Origin: Hyalangium minutum
GTDB lineage: Bacteria; Myxococcota; Myxococcia; Myxococcales; Myxococcaceae
Length of the DNA: 64,000 bases
NCBI RefSeq assembly: GCF_000737315.1
Contig: NZ_JMCB01000003.1
Span: 1,116,001-1,180,000 of the forward strand
Reading direction: 5' to 3'
A program made the translations under genes and the position numbers. The notes beneath the pieces are model-generated. The model searched no databases, was not told where the DNA came from, and saw only the letters and a list, made by a program, of their open reading frames with translations. This document shows positions 37,873 to 46,207 of this stretch, in pieces. Each line of letters begins with the position of its first letter. Positions within the stretch are counted from its first letter, which is position 1.

Positions 37873-38082
37873 ACGCACGCCGAATCACAGACGCACGCCG
37901 AATCACAGACGCACGCTGAATCGCAGAAGCACGCCGAATCGCAGACGCACACTGAGTCGCAGACGCACACTGAGTCGCAGACGCACACTGAGTCGATGCG
38001 CGCAAATGCGCGCTGGATCGCAGACGCACGCAGGCTCGCAGATGCGATGCGCGCAGGCTCACAAATGCGCGCTGGATCGAAA
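37873..38082. repeat. 18-bp degenerate tandem repeat array (about 7 well-conserved plus about 4 degenerate units)
   Basis: ACGCACGCCGAATCACAG x2, ACGCACGCTGAATCGCAG, AAGCACGCCGAATCGCAG, ACGCACACTGAGTCGCAG x2, ACGCACACTGAGTCGATG (37873-37998). Then ATGCGCGCTGGATCGCAG-type units with small indels to 38082. Confidence 0.9.
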
Positions 38083-38107
38083 CGCAAGCCAAATCGAAAA
38101 CACGCTC

Positions 38108-38359
38108 ATGAACGCCAACATTACGTCCAACGAAAACGCCAAGCCCAACTCTGGAAAAGTGCGTATCAGCCTGGACCTCTCACCGGCGCTCAATGAGACC
38201 CTTGAGGAGATCATGGCGGAAGAGCACATCACGAAAAGTGAGCTCCTCCGCCGTGCCATCGGCCTTTTGAAGGTCGCAAACGACGCCAAAAAACGGGGCC
38301 AATCCCTCGGTCTACTCGACGAGCAGGGGAAGCCTCTTACATTGATTATAGGAGTTTAG
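38108..38359 (+). CDS. Ribbon-helix-helix (CopG-like) DNA-binding protein
   Basis: KVRISLDLS strand, then ALNETLEEIM and TKSELLRRAI helices. Start set at ATG 38108, with no clear RBS. Confidence 0.75.
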   Translation: MNANITSNENAKPNSGKVRISLDLSPALNETLEEIMAEEHITKSELLRRAIGLLKVANDAKKRGQSLGLLDEQGKPLTLIIGV

Positions 38360-38363
38360 TCCT

Positions 38364-38774
38364 ATGGCGGATGTTTCTCCTTCACATCCCTCACCCCCCT
38401 CTCCCTCGGTGGATCCGACGTCCCCTGGGGCTCTCACAGAATTGTCGAGCCAACGCGTAGTAGCGGGCACGAAAAACCAATACAAAATCATCGACGTGCG
38501 TGAGATTTTTCCTGCAAATACTGTCACCGCCGTGGAGCCTGAAAGCAAAGAAGAGCGCCGCCATCGATTGGCAGAGGCTGCAAAAGATGCCAGCGAGAAG
38601 CGCCTCCACGGTCGCGTAAAAATGGCGACGATGGGCCTGACCTATCTAGCCTTGTTTGTACTGGTGACGTACATGGCGCTGTGGGGTACCCCAGACCAGC
38701 AGAAATGGGGGCTCGACGGCCTGAAGATGATCATCAGTGCAGCGGGAGGGATTCTCATCGGTCGCGCACTGTAG
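38364..38774 (+). CDS. Hypothetical protein with two C-terminal TM helices
   Basis: GGAG RBS overlapping the RHH 3' end. MGLTYLALFVLVTYMALW and MIISAAGGILIG hydrophobic segments. Confidence 0.7.
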   Translation: MADVSPSHPSPPSPSVDPTSPGALTELSSQRVVAGTKNQYKIIDVREIFPANTVTAVEPESKEERRHRLAEAAKDASEKRLHGRVKMATMGLTYLALFVLVTYMALWGTPDQQKWGLDGLKMIISAAGGILIGRAL

Positions 38775-38804
38775 CAATCACCACACCTCGACCACAGATG
38801 AGAG

Positions 38805-38847
38805 AAGGGGCCAGCCGCAGTTCGGCTGGCCCCTTTGCTTTCTTTCT
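38805..38847 (+). terminator. Rho-independent terminator
   Basis: Perfect 13-bp stem AAGGGGCCAGCCG / CGGCTGGCCCCTT, 5-nt loop and T-rich tail TGCTTTCTTTCT. Confidence 0.85.
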
Positions 38848-38890
38848 ACTGAAGAAGAACAGCAGAAGCAGCCTGCGTTAAAGGGGCCTT

Positions 38891-39460
38891 ATGTCGCAAC
38901 GTTTCTACCGGCTCGTCGACGATGTCTACTTCCCGCGCCGGTGGCACCTCGCTACGCCCCTGGATGGATACGGGCACAAGGTGGACTGCTGGGATTTCAC
39001 GAAGGGAACTCCTGTGCATCTGGAGGGCCACCTCCGCATTCCCATCGAGCGTGTGGGCAGGCCTCTCGACTACTCCGAAGCGGGGTTGATGGTTCCGGTC
39101 GTCCACGTCAAAACAGCCACCGCGCTCACAGAGCTGGCACCCTCAGATGTGCAAATCATCCCAGCAGACGTTGAAGGGCAGCCGGACCAGTACCTGGTCC
39201 TCGTGGCTACACGCGTGATCCGCTGCATCGACGAGAGCGCCTCCAAGGTGCAGCTCTGGAAGCCCGAGGACGGACTCCCTGACATGGTGGGCAAGTACTA
39301 CGCCGTGGATGATCTGCACATCGATACGACCCAAGTAGGGAATGCCAAGGTGTTCCGCCCCGAGGGCTGGGAGGTCGCCCTGATCGTATCCCAGGACATC
39401 AAAGAGGCCCTCGAAGCACTCATCACCACAGGGGCAAATTTCGAGGCGGTCACAAGCTGA
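38891..39460 (+). CDS. Imm11/DUF1629-like immunity protein (orphan)
   Basis: RWHLATP, RPLDYS, PVVH..LTELAPSDVQIIPADVEG, RCIDE and VFRPEGWEVALIVS match the myxobacterial imm11-type pattern. Confidence 0.75.
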   Translation: MSQRFYRLVDDVYFPRRWHLATPLDGYGHKVDCWDFTKGTPVHLEGHLRIPIERVGRPLDYSEAGLMVPVVHVKTATALTELAPSDVQIIPADVEGQPDQYLVLVATRVIRCIDESASKVQLWKPEDGLPDMVGKYYAVDDLHIDTTQVGNAKVFRPEGWEVALIVSQDIKEALEALITTGANFEAVTS

Positions 39461-40559
39461 CCGTGGGCAACAGCACGTAGCGAAGGATGTAGTTCTTCAG
39501 CCGCTGCCGGTCCGCGTCCCCCAGCGTGAGCACGTACTGAGGGTGCACGCGCGCCGCCATCTCGAAGAGCACCAGCTCGGTGGCCATCCCGTCCTCGATG
39601 ATGGCCACCAGCCCATCCAGCGAGGTGTCCATCGCGCCCTCCTCGCCCTTCTCCCGCTGCGACGCATGCACCATGGCAGCCGACGCCAGGCACTCCAGCT
39701 CCTCGACCGAGGAGAAGTGCCGCTCGGCCGTGCCCGTCATCTCCTCGCGGTGTGACGCCTCGCCCAACCACAGCCCCTTGCAGTTGGCATAGGCGAGCCA
39801 CGCCGCGCCGTAGTCCGGATCAAACTCGACGATCACCTCTTTGCCCTCTTCGTGCGCGAAGCCCCGGGGCACCAGCACATCGCCCCGAATCGCCATGCCC
39901 ACCTCCGGGTTCTGCCGGAAGAACCTGCGGATCATGGGGTTGCGTGGGTTGAGCACCAGTGACCACGCGAACGCCTCCCGGGCCTCCGCCATCCGCCCCA
40001 GCCGCCACAGCGCACTCCCTTGGAAGTAGTAGAGCCGATAGTCATCCGGGTTGGCCTCCGCGGCCTTCCGGTACTGCACGAGTCCCGCCGCCGGATCGCC
40101 ACCGAAGAGCAGCGCATCGCCCAGGTATGCGCGCGCCAGGTAGCAGTCCGCGCAGACGTCGAGCGCCTTCTGGTAGAGCTTCGCCGCCTCCGCGTACCGC
40201 TCCGCCTGGAAGTGCGTCTCGGCCTGGTTGATGAACTCCTGGGCCTTCGGATCCTCCTCCCACTCCTGGATCACGCGTTGCCCGTTCTCCACCACCACGC
40301 GGGGCATGGTGACCGGCTCGACTCGCTGGGGCCACAGCTCCTCCGCCCAGCCGCCCGGCGGCGAGTCCTTCGGATCAATGCGGTAGGAGACCTTCGAGTC
40401 CTCCATCCACTTCATGATCTCGGCGGGAGAAAGGAACGAGGTCTGCTCGGCGGAAGCGGGGCGCGTAGCTCCCGTGGCAGCGGTGGGCACGGGCTTCGGG
40501 CCCGACGCACAGCCAAAGCTTCCCAGGACGCAGCAGACGATCAGCAGTGAGCGGAGCAA
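39450..40559 (-). CDS. TPR-repeat lipoprotein
   Basis: SFGC lipobox and TPR repeats (AETHFQAERYAEAAKLYQKAL, YRKAAEANP). Confidence 0.85.
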   Translation of the reverse strand: MLRSLLIVCCVLGSFGCASGPKPVPTAATGATRPASAEQTSFLSPAEIMKWMEDSKVSYRIDPKDSPPGGWAEELWPQRVEPVTMPRVVVENGQRVIQEWEEDPKAQEFINQAETHFQAERYAEAAKLYQKALDVCADCYLARAYLGDALLFGGDPAAGLVQYRKAAEANPDDYRLYYFQGSALWRLGRMAEAREAFAWSLVLNPRNPMIRRFFRQNPEVGMAIRGDVLVPRGFAHEEGKEVIVEFDPDYGAAWLAYANCKGLWLGEASHREEMTGTAERHFSSVEELECLASAAMVHASQREKGEEGAMDTSLDGLVAIIEDGMATELVLFEMAARVHPQYVLTLGDADRQRLKNYILRYVLLPTVSL

Positions 40560-40666
40560 GACACGACGCCTTTCCGTGGAAGGAGGCGCCGATCATAACG
40601 ACAGATGGCGTGCCAGAGCCTCCCCTTTGGACACAGGGAGGCTCCAGACGCCTCGGAGAATCAACC

Positions 40667-41356
40667 TCAAAGGTCAGGCGGCGGGCGCACCCCCAGATGG
40701 CAGGCGCGCAGCGCGAGCTGGGTCCGGTTCTCCGCTCCCAGCTTCCGGTAGAGCTGCGTGACGTGGGACTTCACCGTCCGCTCGGCGATCTGCAGGTGCG
40801 CGGAGATCTTCAGGTTGTCCGCACCTCCCGCCACGTAGGCCAGCACCTCGCGTTCGCGCTGTGTGAGCGCGCTCAGCACACTTGAGGGCTGTGCCACTGG
40901 AGGCGGCTGCTCAAAGTCGTTCCGCAGGAGCTGAACGGGGAACAGCCTCTCCCCTTTCACCAACCCTTGGATCGCGTTGACCACCGCACCCACTCCCAGC
41001 CCTACCCGAAACAGGTAGCCCGAGGCTCCTTCCTCGAAGCACTGGGAGATGACCTCGGGCGAGCTGACCGTGGAGAGCATCAGCATGCGGACCTCGAGAC
41101 GGCGTTTGCGGGCCTCTCTCAGCAGACTGATGCCATCTGCCACCGAGCACCCTTCCGCTGTCTCCGCGTCCGCATCCACGTCCAGCACGGCCACTTGTGG
41201 AGGATCCGTCCCCAAGCTGTCCAACAGCGCGCGCACATCCCGCGCCACAGACATGACCTGGAGCCCTTCACACCGAAGGCCTTCAGCCAGCCCTTTGTAG
41301 GCAGACCACGGACCCTCGAGCATCGATACACGTACAGCGATCTGATTCAGTGCCAT
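40667..41356 (-). CDS. fruA: Developmental response regulator FruA (atypical REC + LuxR HTH)
   Basis: 229 aa: MALNQIAVRVSMLEGPW..PPQVAVLDV..LLREARKRRLEVR..LTQREREVL..LALRACHLGVRPPPDL, matching recalled M. xanthus FruA in length and termini. The receiver lacks the DD acidic pair and the conserved Lys. Confidence 0.9.
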   Translation of the reverse strand: MALNQIAVRVSMLEGPWSAYKGLAEGLRCEGLQVMSVARDVRALLDSLGTDPPQVAVLDVDADAETAEGCSVADGISLLREARKRRLEVRMLMLSTVSSPEVISQCFEEGASGYLFRVGLGVGAVVNAIQGLVKGERLFPVQLLRNDFEQPPPVAQPSSVLSALTQREREVLAYVAGGADNLKISAHLQIAERTVKSHVTQLYRKLGAENRTQLALRACHLGVRPPPDL

Positions 41357-41549
41357 GTTAGCCCCCCAGCTCGTCATGGCGTACAGCGGTTTTTTTGAAC
41401 TACGACTTCACTGGCCATCGGCACGGGCCCAGCTTGCAAAGGAAAATACCACGAACTTCGCACTCTGAGCGAACCGGACCGGGGCGGACTGTCAAGTGGG
41501 CACGCATCGCTCCAGAGTCCAGGGGTTTCAGACGTTGGGACGTTAGCCC

Positions 41550-41566
41550 TGTTCCCCAGGCGACAC
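41550..41566. promoter_or_regulatory. Possible MrpC-type binding site upstream of fruA
   Basis: TGTT-CCCCAGGC-GACAC fits the TGTY-N8-RAC consensus and lies about 200 bp upstream of the fruA start. Confidence 0.35.
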
Positions 41567-41603
41567 TTCCTACTGTCTTCCAGACACTGGAATCGGCCAG
41601 CAT

Positions 41604-42386
41604 ATGCTCGAAAGTGAAATGGCTTCTGCTTCCTCTCCCAGCCTCGATGTCGCCACACCCGAGCGAGTGTCCCTCACGCTGCCGGTGGCCGGAATCGGCT
41701 ACCGGTGCCTGGCATGGCTCGTGGACGCGACAATCCTCTTCTTCTTCTGGGTGATTGCGTACTTCGTCTTCTCGGTGCTGGTCTCCGACGTGCTCGGCCT
41801 GCTCCAGGGCCTGTCCGGACTGGTCCAGACGCTGCTGGCCGTGGGCATCTTCGCCACGCAGTGGATGTACTGGACGCTCAGCGAGGTGTTCCTCCACGGA
41901 CAGACGCCGGGCAAGCGGCTGCTGGGCATCCGCGTGGTGCGCATGGATGGCTCGCCCGTGGGCCTCTACGAGAGCGCCATGCGCAACCTGCTGCGCGCCG
42001 TGGACTTCCTCCCCGCCTTCTACGCCACGGGCAGCATCAGCATGCTCTTCACGAAGCAGCACCGCCGGCTCGGGGATCTGCTCGCGGGCACGCTCCTGGT
42101 GCGCGAGGAGCTCTTCAACCTGGACAAGTACACCGCTCCCGCCCCGGCCTCGCCGGAGACCGCCGCGGCCTCCGGAGCCCCCGGCCGGCTGGCCTCGGAG
42201 GAGGTGGAGCTGATCCTCGCCTACCTCGAGCGCACCCCGTGGCTGGAGCCGGATGCACGGCGGCGGCTGGGCCTGGGCCTCGTGGAGCGCTTCGGCGGCC
42301 TGGCCGAGGCGGAGCGTGCCACCGTCACCGCGTCCCAGGAGTCGCTCGAGGGCTTCCTCCGGGCCCGCGCCCAGGGAGCCCGGTAG
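41604..42386 (+). CDS. RDD-family membrane protein
   Basis: RCLAWLVD, GQTPGKRLLGIRVV and HRRLGDLLAGTLLV motifs. Confidence 0.92.
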   Translation: MLESEMASASSPSLDVATPERVSLTLPVAGIGYRCLAWLVDATILFFFWVIAYFVFSVLVSDVLGLLQGLSGLVQTLLAVGIFATQWMYWTLSEVFLHGQTPGKRLLGIRVVRMDGSPVGLYESAMRNLLRAVDFLPAFYATGSISMLFTKQHRRLGDLLAGTLLVREELFNLDKYTAPAPASPETAAASGAPGRLASEEVELILAYLERTPWLEPDARRRLGLGLVERFGGLAEAERATVTASQESLEGFLRARAQGAR

Positions 42387-42387
42387 C

Positions 42388-43368
42388 GTGGCCGCTCCCC
42401 TGCCCGTCTTCGTCGGCAAGCGGCGCCCGGACTGGGAGTCCCTCCAGGGGCTGCTCGCCCGCCAGCGCGCGGGCACCCTGCGGCTGGAGGAGCTGCGCAC
42501 GCTCGACACGCTTTACCGCCGCGCCGCCGCGGATCTCGCGCACGCGCAGACGTTCTACCCGGGCACGGACGCGCACCGCTTCCTCAACCAGCTCTGCGGC
42601 CAGGCCTACGCCGTCATCTACCAGCCCCCGCGGGACAGATGGACCGCGGTGAAGGACTTCTACCGCCGCGACTTCCCCGCCACCCTGCGCGCCGAGGGCC
42701 GCTTCGTCGCCGTGAGCGCGGCCTTCTTCATCCTCGGCCTGCTGCTGGGCTCGCTGGTGGTGCTGCTCGAGCCCAGAGGCGCGGAGCTGCTCGTGCCCGA
42801 GGGCGTGCGCTCCTACGTGGCCCAAGGGCGCATGTGGACGGATGACATCCTCTCGGTGGCGCCGCCCAACGCGGTGGCCTCGGGGATCGCCACCAACAAC
42901 CTCACCGTCATCATCTTCACCTTCGCCTCGGGCATCCTCTTCGGCCTGGGCACGGTGTTCACCCTGGTCAACAACGGCGTGCAGATCGGCGCCATCACCG
43001 CGCTGTGCGCCCGCGAGGGCATGGCCGTTCAGATGCTGGACTTCATCTCCGCTCACGGCCCTGTGGAGCTGTCCATCATCGTCATCGCCGGCGGCGCGGG
43101 GCTGATCCTCGGCCAGGTACTGATCGATCCAGGAGAGCTGCCGCGAGGCCAGGCACTGACGCTGCGCGGACGGTCCGCGGTGAAGCTGGTGCTCGGGTGC
43201 GCGCCCTTCCTGGCGTGCATCGCCATTGTGGAGGGCTTCATCTCCCCGGGCAGCCTCTTCCCCACCGCGGTGAAGGCCGCGCTGGGGCTGGCGCTCGGGG
43301 GGCTCTTCTGGAGCTACCTGCTGCGCGCCGGGAGGACCTACTCGGCGGCCGCCACCAGCTTGCGCTGA
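42388..43368 (+). CDS. SpoIIM/DUF95-family membrane protein
   Basis: GTG 1 nt after the RDD stop. IATNNL, LVNNG and HGPVELS motifs with multiple TMs. Confidence 0.9.
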   Translation: MAAPLPVFVGKRRPDWESLQGLLARQRAGTLRLEELRTLDTLYRRAAADLAHAQTFYPGTDAHRFLNQLCGQAYAVIYQPPRDRWTAVKDFYRRDFPATLRAEGRFVAVSAAFFILGLLLGSLVVLLEPRGAELLVPEGVRSYVAQGRMWTDDILSVAPPNAVASGIATNNLTVIIFTFASGILFGLGTVFTLVNNGVQIGAITALCAREGMAVQMLDFISAHGPVELSIIVIAGGAGLILGQVLIDPGELPRGQALTLRGRSAVKLVLGCAPFLACIAIVEGFISPGSLFPTAVKAALGLALGGLFWSYLLRAGRTYSAAATSLR

Positions 43369-43832
43369 GCCAACGCCTCCTCCTTCTTGCGCTGCCGGTG
43401 GCGCAGGATGCGCTCGTACGCGTCGTTCAGCTCGCGCATCTTCTCCACCGAGCCGCCGCGGTCCGGGTGCCGCTCCATCGCCAGCTCGCGGTAGCGCGTG
43501 CGCACGGCCTCCGAAGAGTCCAGCGGCGACACGCCCAGCACGTGGTACGGATCCTTCTCCTCCACGGCGGCCAGCCAGCGGTCCAGCCGGTCCTTCACCG
43601 CCGCGAAGCTCGCATCCAGGGCGGTGGTGTCCTTCACCGGGTGCGTGCGCAGCTTGGCATCCGTGCGGAAGATGTCCGTATAGGTGCTCGACACCCAGCG
43701 GTGACAGGTGCCGCAGCGGAAGTACTTCACCCGCCGCCCGCTCCCCTCGTGCAAGGTCATCCGGACGCCGCAGTGGGTGCACTCCACCTCGACGTTCTCC
43801 AGCGTCTGCCAGCTCACGGCCACCGAACTCAT
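43338..43832 (-). CDS. Zinc-ribbon + J-domain co-chaperone-like protein
   Basis: CTHC..CGTC, then DPYHVLGV..RHPDRGG..ELNDAYE. Confidence 0.9.
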   Translation of the reverse strand: MSSVAVSWQTLENVEVECTHCGVRMTLHEGSGRRVKYFRCGTCHRWVSSTYTDIFRTDAKLRTHPVKDTTALDASFAAVKDRLDRWLAAVEEKDPYHVLGVSPLDSSEAVRTRYRELAMERHPDRGGSVEKMRELNDAYERILRHRQRKKEEALAQRKLVAAAE

Positions 43833-43991
43833 GGCTGCTTCTCGCTCTCCTGTAGGCGTCACATGCCTGTAGCACCGACACAGTCCCACGATCGGAGATC
43901 CCGTCAAGAAATCTGCCGCCCCATTGCACGAGGCTCGTCCCAACCCGGCGTTTTTCCGGTAGAACGCCCCTGCCCTCCCGGAGGCAACGCC

Positions 43992-44498
43992 ATGCGTCAC
44001 CTGCTGCTCGCCGGCTTTCTGCTCGCCGCTCCCACCGCGCTCGCCCAGGGCACGGCCGCCGCCCCCGCCTCCTCCGAGTCCGTGAACTCACCCATCGGGG
44101 CGGATGCGGCGCTGCTGCGCGGCATCCTCTGGGCCACCCAGCCCGCCCCCGAGGAGATTCGCACCCTGGCCATCGAGGACCTGGCGCTGCTGGGAGATCC
44201 CCGCGCCCTGGGCCCGCTGTCCGCGATGCTGTGGGATCCCAACCCGCGCATCCAGCAGGCCACCGTGCGCGCCGTGGCGGCCTTCCAGCACCCGCTGGCC
44301 GAGGAGATCCTCACCAGCGTGGTGCGCAGCACGCGCCTGCCGGACGCCCTGAAAGTCCAAGCGCTCGAGGGCCTCATCTACCAGCGCACCCCCTCCGCCC
44401 GCGGCACCGTGGAGACCGCCTCGCGCGATCCCCGCCTCCCGCTGGCCGTCCAGTCCGCCGCGCTGAACGTCGCGGCGCGCTGGGGCGGCACCAAGTAG
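43992..44498 (+). CDS. Exported HEAT-repeat protein
   Basis: Signal peptide and HEAT repeats (IRTLAIEDLALLGDPRAL, DPNPRIQQATVRAV). Confidence 0.82.
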   Translation: MRHLLLAGFLLAAPTALAQGTAAAPASSESVNSPIGADAALLRGILWATQPAPEEIRTLAIEDLALLGDPRALGPLSAMLWDPNPRIQQATVRAVAAFQHPLAEEILTSVVRSTRLPDALKVQALEGLIYQRTPSARGTVETASRDPRLPLAVQSAALNVAARWGGTK

Positions 44499-44505
44499 GC
44501 CCGAC

Positions 44506-45360
44506 ATGAGCTCAGGAGCCCCCGCAATGCTCGATAAAACCATCGCCTTCCTCGGCACCGGCAACATGGCCGAGGCCATCCTCAAGGGCCTGCTGCGCGC
44601 CGGCACCGCCAAGCCGGAGAACATCATCGCCACCGGCCGCCGCCCCGAGCGCCTCGAGGAGCTTCAGCGCGCCTACGGCGTCCGCACCACCTCGGACAAC
44701 CTGGCTGCCGCACGCGAGGCGGACATCATCGTGCTCTCCGTGAAGCCGCAGGCCATGGACAAGCTGGTCGTCCAGGTGGCCCCCGCGCTGGACCACCGCA
44801 AGCTCATCATCTCCGTGGCGGCTGGCGTGCCCATCGCCGCGCTGGAGCGCCGGCTGGGAGCGGGAGCGCGCATCATCCGCACCATGCCGAACACCCCCTC
44901 GCTGGTGGGCGCCGGCGCTTGCGCCCTGGCGCGGGGCGAGCACGCCAGCCAGGAAGATCTGGCCGTGGCCAGCCGCATCTTCCAGTCCGTGGGCACGACC
45001 ACCGTGGTGGACGAGAACCTGCTGGACGCCGTCACCGGCCTGTCCGGCAGCGGCCCCGCGTATATCTTCCTCGTCATCGAGGCGCTCTCGGATGCTGGGG
45101 TGAAGGTGGGATTGCCGCGCTACACCGCGCTCAAGCTCGCCGCCCAGACGGTGCTCGGCAGCGCCCAGCTCCTCATCGAGACGAACGCCCACCCGGGCCA
45201 GCTCAAGGACCAGGTGACCAGCCCGGGAGGCACGGCGATCGCTGGCTTGCACACCCTGGAGGCAGGCGGGCTCCGGACCACGTTGATCAACGCGGTGGAG
45301 GCCGCCACGCGCCGCGCCAAGGAGCTGGGAGAGCAGTTCCTGGAGAAGAGCGAGCGTTGA
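44506..45360 (+). CDS. proC: Pyrroline-5-carboxylate reductase
   Basis: IAFLGTGNMA, VKPQ, MPNTP, TGLSGSGPAY and VTSPGGTAI motifs. Confidence 0.97.
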   Translation: MSSGAPAMLDKTIAFLGTGNMAEAILKGLLRAGTAKPENIIATGRRPERLEELQRAYGVRTTSDNLAAAREADIIVLSVKPQAMDKLVVQVAPALDHRKLIISVAAGVPIAALERRLGAGARIIRTMPNTPSLVGAGACALARGEHASQEDLAVASRIFQSVGTTTVVDENLLDAVTGLSGSGPAYIFLVIEALSDAGVKVGLPRYTALKLAAQTVLGSAQLLIETNAHPGQLKDQVTSPGGTAIAGLHTLEAGGLRTTLINAVEAATRRAKELGEQFLEKSER

Positions 45361-45376
45361 CCTATACTCCGGGGTC

Positions 45377-45904
45377 ATGAAGATCACCCCGCTCGACATC
45401 CGGCAGAAGCGGTTCGACACCGCCCTCCGCGGCTTCTCCCGCCGCGAGGTGGAGGCCTACCTGGAGCTGCTGGCCGGCGAGTTCGAAGAAGTGGTGAAGG
45501 AGAACATCTCCCTGAAGGAAGAGCTCAAGCGGGCTCAGCTGCGCATCGAGCAGTACCAGGAGCGCGAGCGCACCCTCCAGGAGACGATGGTCACCGCCCA
45601 GAAGATCAGCGAGGACCTCAAGGCCGCCTCCAAGAAGGAGGCCGAGATCATCATCGCGGACGCCGAGCATCAGGCGGAGAAGATCGTCCACGGCGCCCAC
45701 CAGAAGCTGGTGCAGGTGGTGGAGGACATCAACGAGCTGAAGCGCCAGCGCACACAGTTCGAGTCCCAGGTGCGCTCGGTGGTGGAGGCCCACCGCAAGC
45801 TGCTGGAGACGTTCAGCGGCCCCACGTTCGCGGACCGGGACTACGCCCGCATCGAGGACAACGTGGCCTTCCTGTCGCAGAAGAAGGCCAACGGCGGCGA
45901 GTAG
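45377..45904 (+). CDS. divIVA: DivIVA-domain protein
   Basis: MKITPLDIRQKRF..RGFSRREVEAYL followed by coiled coil. Confidence 0.93.
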   Translation: MKITPLDIRQKRFDTALRGFSRREVEAYLELLAGEFEEVVKENISLKEELKRAQLRIEQYQERERTLQETMVTAQKISEDLKAASKKEAEIIIADAEHQAEKIVHGAHQKLVQVVEDINELKRQRTQFESQVRSVVEAHRKLLETFSGPTFADRDYARIEDNVAFLSQKKANGGE

Positions 45905-45907
45905 TCC

Positions 45908-46207
45908 GTGGCGAAGCCCTGGCTCAAGCCCCTGCCGGATGGCGTGGAGCTGGCGCTGCTCATCCAGCCGCGCGCCTCTCGCACGCGCGTGGTGGGCGAG
46001 CATGATGGGCTGCTGAAGATCCAGCTGGCGGCGCCTCCCGTGGATGGCGAGGCCAATGCCGCCCTGGTGGAGTTTCTGGCCAAGCAGCTGGGCATCCCCC
46101 GAAGGCAGGTGGAGCTGCTCGCGGGTGACGCGTCGCGTCGCAAGCGGGTCGCACTTCGTGGAGTTGATGCCCCACAGGTCGAGGCTGTTATGTCTGGGGG
46201 AACGTGA
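45908..46207 (+). CDS. DUF167 / YggU protein
   Basis: IQPRAS, LAAPPVDGEANAAL and GDASRRK motifs. Confidence 0.93.
   Translation: MAKPWLKPLPDGVELALLIQPRASRTRVVGEHDGLLKIQLAAPPVDGEANAALVEFLAKQLGIPRRQVELLAGDASRRKRVALRGVDAPQVEAVMSGGT

Noticed and set aside
37873-38082. Possible CRISPR array
   Set aside because: Repeats are contiguous 18-mers with no unique spacers, and no cas genes are present.
37833-38087. Cys-rich minus-strand ORF as a RiPP precursor or metallothionein
   Set aside because: No modifying enzymes or transporter nearby and no clear RBS. It arises automatically from the tandem repeat, so it is kept only as an alternative within the repeat finding.
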